A stretch of 64,000 nt of DNA. Source: Octopus sinensis (Eukaryota). The translations under genes were made by a program, and so were the position numbers. The stretch covers positions 157,542,001 to 157,606,000 of the forward strand of contig NC_042998.1 of NCBI RefSeq assembly GCF_006345805.1, in the 5' to 3' direction. The notes under the pieces were generated by a model. That model saw only the letters and a list, made by a program, of their open reading frames with translations. It did no database searches and was not told the origin of the DNA. Below, piece by piece: positions 12,182 through 23,326 of this stretch (positions are counted from its first letter, which is position 1; every line of letters starts with the position of its first letter).

Positions 12182-13609
12182 AATGGTTTTTACTATTTTT
12201 AATTGTTATATTATTTGATTATTGTCGATTTGATTCTTATTTTCTTTCTTCACAAGTTGACAAAGAAAAAAATTCTTCCCGGGCCAAAACGGCGAATCCA
12301 CATCTGCCTCCCAAAGGACCATTTTAGTATGACCTAGAAGAAAATCAAACAGAGAAACAAAGAAATAAAGAGAGAAAAAAGGAAAATAAGGAAAACAATA
12401 AAAAATGTATTTACCGCAATCACACGAATTATTGATCCAAGTTGCTTGGAAACATTCTTGGACAGTAATTGATCATGGCAGAAGTGATATTTTTACCTTA
12501 CGGCCTGCTACCATTCTGAACGTTATTCTCTGTATCGATTGAAATATTTCTCTGTCAAATGACAAAGAGTATGTTCCACACTTTACTTTGCTGACAAACT
12601 GAAAAGAAAATTTCTTTCCCCCGGCCAATAACAAAAAATTGATTTTACAATTCTACAATAATAAATCTAAATATACCCTTTCATCATTCGCTCTGTCTTC
12701 CATTTTTCATTCTTCTACTCGGCTCCACTATCTACTATACGTGCATACACATACACATACTCACTCACTCACTCACTCACTCACTCACTCACTCATCCAG
12801 TCACTTATGCACTCTCTGTCACTTACTCACTCACTCACTCACACGCGCGCACACACACACGAACCCCACTCTCACACACATCTCACACACAGACATCTGC
12901 CCTTTGATATCTATAAAAACGTTATATACATATATGTATATATCTATATCGCACGGTCTCTTTCACATTATGTATGTATGTATGTATGTATGTATGTATG
13001 TATGTATGTATGTATGTATGTATGTATGTATGTGCATGTATATGTGAGTATGTATGAACACATATCCACACATATATACGAACAGGCGTGGCTGTATGGT
13101 AAGAAGCTTGATTCCCGAATTTTTGTCGGACGTGTCTATTTCGCTGCTGGTAAACATTTTCGCTGATGTTGTTGAAAACGTTGGATTACCGTTTGGAATT
13201 GTTATTTGTTGAACGTTAAAGTTTTTGTTGAACATTGTTGAATTATTTCCTGGTTTACCGGGGAATAACTGAAGGAGAAGGAATTGTTGACCAGTATTTG
13301 TTGGTCATTGTGGCATTTTTATGAACGTTGTTTTGTCAAACTGTGTATAGTCTTTTTGGACTAATTCTGTGCTCCTCCCACTAACGGGGTTGGATCTTAA
13401 CTTTGTTAGTGAACTGTTGACCTCTTCAAGGAAAAATGTGGGAAACTATTTAATTTGTGAAATTAATTTCAACCGAAGAATGTCGGTTGAAATTATGCAC
13501 GAGAGGTGTACTCTCGTTGAGAGTAAGCAAGGAAATGTAAAAAAGTTTTCGGTCGTTGCTGCGGTCAGTTGGAAGGTTTATTTAAAAGAATGAAATCTTT
13601 ATTTAAAAG

Positions 13610-16577
13610 AATGAAGGAGGAGAGCGGTGACGTTAAAATATCACGACTCAAGTGTGGTAGACACAGAAAAACGGAACGTCGTGTTTGAATCCTTCTGCCC
13701 ACAAAACAGAATGTTTAAACACTTCGAGAAAGAGAAAATTGAAAAAGGCCTGTCCCCGCTGTGGAAAGCATAGCCTATATTGCAAGGGGACGAGCATACG
13801 GTACAGCTGAGGTCCGTTTTTCTACTGAAGAGGTGGCCCGCGGGCATTCTGTGTGTCCCCTGAAGACAAACGAGAGGGGACTTCTACCAACATATGAGGG
13901 AAGGCGGAATTCCTGTGTGAAGGTTATAGAAGTGCCACCGGAGGTTGACCCGAAGGAGGTGATGACCGCCTTGTTGTTTAACAATAAAATTCTTGAAAAT
14001 TACATGCTCTGCCACCCACCCCGAATTGGCTCGGGCGGAGCATCACAGCAAGTGTATATAGGGGACACAGGAAGACCTTCAGGAGCTTCCTGAAAGGGTG
14101 CTCGTGGTCGAGAATGTAGCCCTTAGAATGCAGGCGGAAGGACGAAAACCCACCAGCTATGAATGTGGGAAATAGGACCACATTCCCGTGGACTCTGAAA
14201 CAAGGAAACAAAAAGAAAAAGAAAAGATGGAAAAAATGGTTCAGACATCAGGCCCTTCAGAAAACCCAAAGATAGTCCCCAAACCTACGCATATACCAGA
14301 TCCTACACAATTAAAAATTCCCACTCCCGCAACATAACACCAGAAAAACCCAATCCCTGCATACACAAACACCGACACAAGTAAAAATACCCACCCCTTT
14401 GTTGGCACTTGATAGAAAAGTACAGCTACCTCAGACAACAGCATGGAGGTGGTCGAGGGGGAGTACGCCGTAGTTCGTAAACGAACTCATAGACCGTCCC
14501 CATCCATTTCTCCCACATAAACAAACGAGAACACACAGCCAATTACGCCCCCTTGTCCCTGGAAAAAAAAGGTGACTGTGACATTAAGGTGTTGGTGGAA
14601 TTTGACACGAGAGACAAATACACAGACGAAATAATTGTGAACCACCACACCACCAAGCTTTTCTTGAAGCACAAAAACTTTCCGAATAGGTGTGCCTGGA
14701 TAGGGGAAACCAATTCAAGCAGTTGAAGGAAAGACACCCGACGGCCATCGGAAGAATTGAGAACCTTCCAAGGTATTTGGAGAAAGGGGAGAAGGAAAAG
14801 GCTGCCTCACGTGTGGTGAAGTCAGTCCCAACGTCGCCCGTAAAAGGTAAGTAGGACCTCTACTTTTTAAGTTATGACTGCATTTAACCTTTGTTGTCTG
14901 AATGTACGTGATCTGAGTTCGAAGTGGAAGCAAGCTTGTTTCCTCGACGACCTCAGATCACACGATATACATGTGATGGATGCTACAGAGACCAAGCTGG
15001 ACAGTCTACAAATTTTCTCGCTCCTGAATGGCTATAAGAAAATCATGTCTCCTGGCCAGACCGGTGGACGAAGGGGTGTAGTGGTACTGATCCGTAAAGC
15101 CTCGGCTCTGTAGACAAGCACAGTCTATGTGGACCCAGAAGGTGGGCTGGTAGTCCTTGATGTGACATACAGCAGTAAAGCTTTCAGGTTGATCGGAATC
15201 TCTGCACCTTGTGTTAGAGGATTCCAAACTGCGCCTGGAGAACTTTCTCGTGACGTCGAAGACATTAGTGGTGGTAGGTGACTTTAACGCTATTGTTGAC
15301 GCACGCATCGATAGCGTTGGCTCGACCGGTAGGAAATTGAATCACGTCTCGTGGATCTGCTTAAGCGCTTTCATTTGGCAGATCGTTACAGGCTTGACTA
15401 TCCGGAGTCCCAGAGTGGACCTGGATTAGTGGCGACGGAAAACTCAAGTCTTACTTTGATGGGATAGTGATTAAAACTAAAGATAAGACTAGTTGTATTT
15501 GTCCATAGATTGTCCAAGTAGCTTACACTGACTATAGAATGGTTAAGTGGAGACTGGACATACTACAGTTAAGAGAGGACCCGGCTACTGGAAGCTTGAC
15601 AAGTCTATTTTGATTTGCGAGTCATACCGTAGCCAGATTAAGGAGTTAGTACAGAGGGCGTTAACCGGCGCCGTGGTTAATAAACGGTGATGGTTCGATT
15701 AGGTTTAGTCAGCAGCTAAGACTAGATAAGGCCAGAATAGAAGGGCAACTAGTAAAGGACTTAGAAGAGGCTTTGAGGTTGGGGTCTGCATCTCACATTT
15801 TGGCAGCGAGAACGGCATTGGATCGTCACCTCAAAGCCAAACATGAGGGGTGTAGATTTCGGTCTAAAGTAGAGCATTGGGCCGTGAGAGAATTAATGGT
15901 ACCGTATGGACCCCTACGGTAGAAACCCAGCGTGGCAACGATGCTACAATTAGGTCTTTTGTCGACGGACGAGATGAGATGTATGAGGCGCTTTGTTGTT
16001 CGGGAGGGGCGTGACACTGGATCAATGTGAGGCCTTAGGGACTGCCTGTCTGGTGGCCCGCGTCTCTCGGCATGTGATGCTGAGTGCTGTGAAGGGCCAA
16101 TCACAGACGAGGAGGTAATCGAGGTGCTGGGCGAGTGTCCCGGGGAGAAGTCGCCGGATCTCAATGGTCTGCCTTATGAATTGTATAAAAGTATGCCAGA
16201 CTTGTTTGGGCACCTACTGGCCAGCGTCTACGCCAACTGGCAGCAGAACGGGAGAATTCACAAGTCTGCGAGCCGGGGGGTGGTAACGTTGATCAGAAAG
16301 GACCCTAGTAAGGAGGATGAGATAGGGAACTTTAGGCCCATATCTCTGCTAAACACAGAGTTTAAGAATTCGGCCAAGGTGCTAGCGAAAAGGTTGGTGC
16401 GGGTCGTGGTCGGACTTGTCGGTGAAGCGCAAAAGTGCGCTATCCCGGGCAGGTCAATCCACGACAATCTTCACCTTATACGCTAATCCTAAGAGAGGGT
16501 TAGGAAACTTTCTGGCGCGAGGGGTCACTGGTGCATTTACACCTTTCTAAGGCATTTGATGGGGTCGACCATCGGTA
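13610..16577 (+). mobile_element. L1/Tx1-like LINE (ORF1 with zinc knuckle; ORF2 APE plus N-terminal RT), 3'-truncated, degenerate
   Basis: ORF1 YECGK*DHIPVD knuckle; ORF2 from 14874 (LNVRDL...ETKL...GDFNA), KSPDLNGLPYELY, NFRPISLLNTEFK...KVLAKRL; ends at FSKAFDGVDHR. Confidence 0.85.
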
Positions 16578-16594
16578 AATAATCCATAATCCAT

Positions 16595-17300
16595 AATCCA
16601 TCAAGGCCCTATCCACTACTGTTCCTCACTCCTTTCATTCCATGGACCAAATGCGCTAAAAATACCCGCATCTCTCCTCCCACCTCATCTTAACCCACAT
16701 TAACTTTGAAGACACTTCCCCCCACTCCACCACACTCTCCTTAACACGCTCGCTCGCCAGTAATGCCACTCCCTCATGAGTCCTCTCCTCATACTCCCGA
16801 CATCCCCAAACTGGTACTCTCCTTTACCTTTCGTCTTCGTTCCCTCAATGGCAGCACATCTCATCATCACATTCCTTATCTCTCTCCTCTTTACCTCACT
16901 TCTACTACACCCATGCACATTCCATGACCCCAATCTTAGGCTGAGATTAGGTGTTAACCTTCTTCCACCCCCTTGTCTTTTCTTGTTGTCTTTTTAGGAA
17001 TATGAAATTTCTAAGAGGAGTGGATTCCCAGTCCCTTCGCTCCCGCCCCTTTTAGTCATCTCTTAAGTCACGCAAGGAATACGGCGACTGCATTCTACCG
17101 ACCCACCTGTCACAGAAGTGTTTGCTAGTTAACCCATGGCTGGGACCCTTACAGGTGCTACCACTCCGGGCCAGAGTGGACCTGGGAACAATAGTGGCTA
17201 AGAGGTGATTCCACACTCCTCAACCTCTGAAACAAGACCCCATTGTCCCACTAACAGATGTAGTTTATAGTCATACCCAGACTGTAGTTTATAGTCAAGG
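16595..17300 (-). mobile_element. 5' leader and APE N-terminus of an RTE-like LINE
   Basis: GSWNVHG...TKTKGKG...LMWVKMR APE N-terminal motifs, preceded by a GC-richer structured leader. Confidence 0.65.
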
Positions 17301-17629
17301 GTATCTGGCAAGATATTAATCTTTGAAATTAATATTTCCTTCTTAAAGATTGCCCTGGCGCATTTATCTAATCCGAAGCATTCTATTTTCTTTCATTTTT
17401 TCACTTCAGCTTCTGATATGTTCTTTCGTTCTGAAAATGCATTTTCTTGAGTCAGTCTATTCGGATCAATCAAAAGGTTTAGACCCGGGTTGATTTCCCC
17501 TTCAAATATTATACAAAGACGCACGCATGCACATTATTTAGGGCATTTATGTTCAAATCTCGGTTAGGCTAATTCTTATCTTCGGGACTGTTGTCCGGAA
17601 ATGTTTTTGCCTTTTGATTATGCTGCAAG

Positions 17630-17835
17630 CTTCTTCTTCTTCTTCTTCTTCTTCTTCTTCTTCTTCTTCTTCTTCTTCTTCTTCTTCTTCTTCTTCTTCT
17701 TCTTCTTCTTCTTCTTTCTTCTTCTTCTTCTTCTTCTTCTTCTTCTTCTTTTCTTCTTCTTCTTCTTCTTCTTCTTCTTCTTCTTTTTTTTTTTTTAATT
17801 ATAATTATTGTTATTATTATTATTATTATTATTAT
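17630..17835. repeat. (CTT)n, T-run and (ATT)n compound microsatellite
   Basis: Direct inspection. Confidence 0.95.
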
Positions 17836-18228
17836 AGAGGTCACGCAGCATGCAATATCGTGTGGTAGTTGATTGAAGATATTGTGTGTACTGGGGGTTT
17901 GTACTGTTTGTCACAACAAGGACCTCAGTCAGACAATACTTTATGCAATATGCGTGCCGTTCCAAGTAATGTCGATTCTTGCAATACACCTAGATTGTAG
18001 GGTACTTCTAAAGTTTTCATAATGTTCTTGTTTTCAGATTGGGTGGTATTGAACCCAATGCCTCGATGAAAACAGGGATAACCTTTATGTTTGACTCTCA
18101 TAGCTGCCACATCTTAGTGATCCCAATTCACAGGTCTCCATATTTATCAATCTTTTTTCTTTCTTTCATGATAGTATGCTGTTCTCCTGGTACTGCCACA
18201 TCAATTATTAGGCCTTCTTGTTTCCTGG
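17836..18228 (-). mobile_element. Dong-like 3' fragment (family D)
   Basis: EGLIIDVAVPG...KIDKYGDL...LLGTARILHKVLSD*, then a UTR running into (TAA)n. Confidence 0.85.
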
Positions 18229-19129
18229 TATCTGAGTTAGGTAGCAATCAGTCCCTTTTGCTATCATTCCCAGGGCACCTATGACAACAGGTATTGTTTT
18301 AGTCTTCAGGTTCCACATTTTGCTGATTTCTATTTCAAGATCTTTATATTTGCTCAGTTTTTGGTAGGTTTATATCGTTTGGGTCAGTCATATCAATGAT
18401 GAGGCATGTTCTTTGTCTGAAGTCTTTCAATATGATGTCTGGCCTATTTGCATCTATCTTTCTGTCAGTTTGAATGGTGAAGTTCCAGAGGAGTGAGATG
18501 TGGTCATTTTCAAGCACTGGAGGTGGTTTGTGTTCCCACCAGTTTTTTTCATGGGGCAAATCCAGGTTTTTGCAAATTACCCAGTGAATATATTGTGCAG
18601 CTCTATCATGCCTGTTGAGATACTCTGTAGGCGCTAGAAGACTGCACTTAGAGACAACATGATCAATGGTTTCATTTTGTTGTTGACATACACGACGTGT
18701 TGGGCTACAGCCGTTCTTTAATATGTTGGCCTGCTAGTTTCTTGTTGGTAGGCATTGATCTTGAGCTGCTATGATAAACCCTTCTGTTTCAGATTTTAAG
18801 CCAGGGGCCATTAGCCATTGATGGGTCAGGGCTTTGTCAACATCTGCATTATTCGCTCTCTTTGAGTATTTGCCATAGAGAGGTTTTTCTTGCCATTTAT
18901 CATTCAAAATATCTAAGGTCGCAGTTTTAGCACGGGTTTTCATGCGCTTAGCTTTTTCTGTGCTTGTTTCTTGTATGTCTAATTCTGAAATTTGTTGTAT
19001 TCGGAATTCGCTTCGATATTCCTTTGCCTGTTTTGTTACTTAGTATGACGCTTTCTTGTTTTCATGTTTTGAGACAAGTTTTAACATCCAGTCCTCAGAG
19101 GTTTTCAGGTACGTGTCTAGGCCAATTGT
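18220..19129 (-). mobile_element. Dong-like fragment (family B), zinc knuckle plus REL; near-identical to 38747-40089
   Basis: KWQEKPLYGKY...SETEGFIIAAQDQ...CRVC...ETIDHVV..C...RHDRAA...RPDIILKD. Confidence 0.92.
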
Positions 19130-19380
19130 TCCCATGAGCACTAATTTCTGAATTTCTTTTTCTTCCATTCTAGGATTTCATGGAATTTGAGATTTTATGG
19201 AATTTGCTTTCATTTCTAGGACTCCTATGACAACAGGTATTGTTTTTGTCTTGAGTTTCCATATTTTGCCAATTTATGTTTCAAGATCTTTACACGTGTT
19301 CAGTTTTTGGTAGTTTTCAGAGATATATTTCTGTCAGTTAGAGACGTCATCGATGATGAGGCATGATTTTGTTCGAAATA

Positions 19381-19398
19381 GCTACGGCGGTACATATT

Positions 19399-19430
<32 letters not shown>

Positions 19431-19483
19431 AGGATGACACGCAAGGATGACACGCAAGGATGACACGCAAATTCGTGAAGCGT
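19381..19483 (+). pseudogene. RNU6: U6 snRNA retro-pseudogene with internal deletion/triplication
   Basis: GCTACGGCGGTACATATTCTAAAATTGGAACGATACAGAGAAGATTAGCA...GGATGACACGCAAATTCGTGAAGCGT matches conserved U6 (ACAGAGA box 19415-19421). No upstream PSE/TATA context and no 3' T-run. Confidence 0.95.
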
Positions 19484-19491
19484 CTTTAATA

Positions 19492-19897
19492 GGCGTAGGA
19501 ATGGCTGTGTGGTAAGTAGCTTGCTTACCAACCACATGGTTCCGGGTTCAGTCCCACTGTGTAGCACTTTGGGCAAGTGTCTTCGACTATAGCCTCGGGA
19601 CGACCAAAACATTGTGAGTGGATTTGGTAGACGGAAACTGAAAGAAGCCCGTCGTATATATGTATATATATGTGTATGTGTGTGTATATGTTTGTGTGTC
19701 TGTGTTTGTCCCCCCCAACATCCCTTGACAACCGATGCTGGTGTGTTTACGTCCCCGTAACTTAGCGGTTCGGCAAAAGAGACCGATAGAATAAGTACTA
19801 GGCTTACAAAGAATAAATCCTGGGGTCGATTTGCTCGACTAAAGGCGGTGCTCCAGCATGGCCACAGTCAAATGACTGAAACAAGTAAAAGAGTAAA
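19492..19897 (+). mobile_element. tRNA-headed CORE-like SINE with internal (GT/AT)n
   Basis: A box TGGCTGTGTGGTAAG, B box GGTTCAGTCCC, TTGGGCAAGT core-like block, GAGTAAAA tail. Same family as 37541-37954. Confidence 0.92.
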
Positions 19898-22015
19898 ATA
19901 ATGCCTGACCTATTTGCATCTATCTTTCTGTCAATTTGAACAGAAAAAATTAATAGGAGCTTGATATATTCGTTTTCAAGCACTAGAGGTTTTTGTTCGC
20001 ACCCTTTTTTATCATGTTCACGTAGTGAATACGCTGTGTCGCTTTTCATGCCCGTTGACATACCCTGGGGGTACCAGAAGGTTATACATGGTTTCAGTCT
20101 GTTATCTATTTTAGCGACATTTTGGGCTATTGCTGTTCTTTAAGATGTTAGCTTGGTAGATTCTTGTAGGTAGGCAGTGTACTGGGCGGCTAGTATAAAG
20201 GCTTGTTCTCTATTTTTTAAACCAGTAGTTGCTAACTTTTGATCGATAAGAGCTTTGTCAACATCAGCATTGTTAGCTCTCTTTGGTTATTTGCCACTGA
20301 GTGTTTTTTCTTGCCATTTATCGATGAGAACATTTAAAGTAGCGTTTTAAACAAGGGTTTTCATACGTTTAGCTTTTACTGAATATGAGATTTGTTTTCG
20401 TGTTTTAAGACAAGTTTTAACATCCAATCATCAGGATTTTTTAGATAAATGTTTAGGACATTTGTGGCAATTTTCAGTGACATTTCAATCTGTAAGGTTC
20501 CGCGGCCAGCCTCTTTTCCTGGCAAATAAAGTCGTTCCACATCTACCTTTGTACATGTTACTCATTGTCAACAATTTTTGATTTTTCTATCAAGTTTGCA
20601 AATTTTAGTATTTAACTACTTAATAATATTGAAACTGTAAGTCACGACAGGTGTAGCTAAATTGTTAATTGCTTCGATCCTGTCTCTTGCATTTAGCTTT
20701 GTGTTAAGTATTGATCGTACCCTGCTATATTTTCCCTCACGTTTAATGTTTGACATAATCATATAGCTATACACTTAAATATTTGCAGAACTCCTCTGGT
20801 TCTAACTCTTCTAAAACTGTCTGGTTGTCAAGTTCAATGTTATATGTTTCTACCAGTTTCCCGCTGATGAAGGTAGCTTTTGCTCATTTATCGAGGTGAG
20901 ATTCAATCCTGATGCCATCACTAATCTGTTTTTTCAAATGCTATTAAACCTTATAGTTATTTTTTTGCAAAGAGCTTTAAATCATCCATGCAAAAGAACA
21001 TGATTTACAATTTTACCAGAAATTTCGTAACCATATTGTGCTTCATTGCGCAATTTGGAAAGAGAGAGGGTGTGTGTGTGTGAGAGAGAGAGAGATAGAT
21101 AGAGAGAGAGTGTGTGTGTTTGTGAGAGAGAGAGTGAGAGAGGGAGAGAGAAAGAGTCACTGTGGAAAATACATGAAATTTTAACATCACCAGTATACAA
21201 AGATTAACTCTCACTATTCAAAATCAGTGCAATTTTCCGTGATTTCACACTTACAAGTAAGGAATTTCGTAAACTAGGCGCTCTTTTATACGTTTCCAAA
21301 CATTTTTCAATCCAGCTATGTAGTAGACTATCTGTAGTCTATCAAAGCTATTGATATGTACTTGTGCTGTTTGTGACAATCTTTCAAAATCATCTTGTTT
21401 ATGAGAGGCTGATCTTTACAGGCACTGGGCCTATATTTACAGCCCTTTTCTTCATTGGGGAAAATGTAATTTTCTGTTATGGGCATTTGGTCAAGACAGG
21501 TGTTAATATTTTATACATGGTTGTTAAGTGTGCCTATAGTTTTTCTGTTCCTTTGTTTCTTCATTTTTCGGAAGAAAAAAATGTAACAACATTAACTAGC
21601 AAAGAGGGCATCCTTTTAGGTTGCTGTAAAATATTGTTTTAGAGTCTAGTGAATAGTTTATGACTTTCTGAAAAAGCATTCAACCAAAAGAAATTATGAA
21701 TTGACCGCAGTTTAATGACTGAAACAAGATCAAAAATAAAAAGATGCATTATATTCTCACGTTCACAGACACTCGTGTGTAACGTGAAAGAAAACTTAGC
21801 AGTATAAGGACATCAAATGCAATTTGACTGACAACATTACAACACCACCAGTAACAGCTGCAACTCTTACATACTTCCAAATATATCGTCACGTTCATAT
21901 AACATCTCTGAAAAAGAAACTTTCTCTGAATACTGACTTAATAGAAAGAATTTCTGGACAACGAAAAGAAATTGTTGATGGGAAAATTATCATTATTATC
22001 ATTATTATTATTGTT

Positions 22016-22500
22016 AAATTGGTGAGCTGGAAGAATTATTGGAGAGTCGGAAAAATTACCTTGCGTAATTTATTCTAGCCTTTTATTTCACATCTCACAT
22101 GAGCTCAGTTTTGTCCTCCATCTTTTTAGGCTTAATAAAATAATGTACTATTTGTGCTCAGGGATCGATACTATCGACTAAATCCCTTCCCTCAAAATCG
22201 TTGGTCTCGCCCCTATATTGGAACTAGTAATTATTAGTACTTTTTTATTATTAATATGTTTAAATTAAGGCATCGAATCGTTAGCACGTCCAGAGAAATG
22301 CTTAGCGGTATTTCGTCTATCTTTACTCACAAATTTCACCAGGTTGACTTTGTATTTCACCTCTTTCGGCAAAAGAGACCGATAAAATAAGTACCACACT
22401 TAAAAAAGTACATGTTAAGCTCTGGGGTCATCTAACTGACCTACTCCCTCGCTTTTCACGAATTTGATGGTCTTGCACATATACTACAAAGCATCATTAA
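22016..22500 (+). mobile_element. Two adjacent degenerate tRNA-headed SINEs
   Basis: Heads at ~22016 and ~22267. GAATCGTTAGCACG...ATGCTTAGCGGTATTTCG, same family as 11921. Confidence 0.7.
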
Positions 22501-23150
22501 TATGTTTAAATATTTAAAATCTTACATTCCATCTAAATTTAAAAGTCTGAGTTTTAATGGACATCACTCAACGTTCTACAACGTATGATGAGGTAGTAAT
22601 TATATGAGAGAAGGAAAAATCATAAACAATAAAGTGACAAGTGAGAACAATGATTATATTTATATAATAACAAAAATAAGGTGAAAGAAGAGATAAGAAT
22701 AAAAGTAAAACGATGGCATATTGAACAAATGTGAAAAGTAATCCGGGAATATTTGAGTTATATATACCTATCGACTTCTTTTGCTGTCAACACTACTGAC
22801 AAAGAAATATGAGAACAATAGAAAGTTAATGTTTCCAAATACAAGTTTCAGAAGTCTATTGATTAATTTACTGCCAAACATACTGAGTGCAACATTGTTT
22901 TTATTTCTATTTAGAGTTGAAATCAGTGAGTAAACTGTATAAAGTTTATAGATGATCAATTCATGTAACTATTTTTAAAAGAATGTGTATATAATGTGTG
23001 TGTGAGTATGAATGTGTACGTAATAAGAAAGGGAGATAGTTAAATATATATTCCATATATAATGTAATTGTGAAATATTTACAATAGAAATAGCTGCAAA
23101 AACATTTAACAGACTGAACAGCAGTCAGATTTCAAGTTATTTTGTGTATA

Positions 23151-23235
23151 GCAGCAGCAGTTGCAGCAGCAACAGCAGCAGCAGCAGCAGTTGCAGCAGC
23201 AGCAGCAGTTGCAGCAGCAGCAGCAGCAGCAGTTG

Positions 23236-23325
<90 letters not shown>

Positions 23326-23326
23326 A
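23151..23326. repeat. (CAG)n-(TAG)n compound microsatellite
   Basis: Direct inspection. Confidence 0.95.

Larger units (their letters stand above)
19130..21700 (-). mobile_element. Dong-like element (RT to REL), degenerate, interrupted by the U6-SINE insert at 19381-19897
   Basis: Same family as 9474-10411. The ORF reads DRKIDANRSGII (to ~19900) and resumes FEQKSCLIID (from ~19378). Confidence 0.85.

Noticed and set aside
19381-19483. Functional U6 gene
   Set aside because: It is embedded in LINE sequence with no promoter context, no T-run terminator and a destroyed internal stem-loop.
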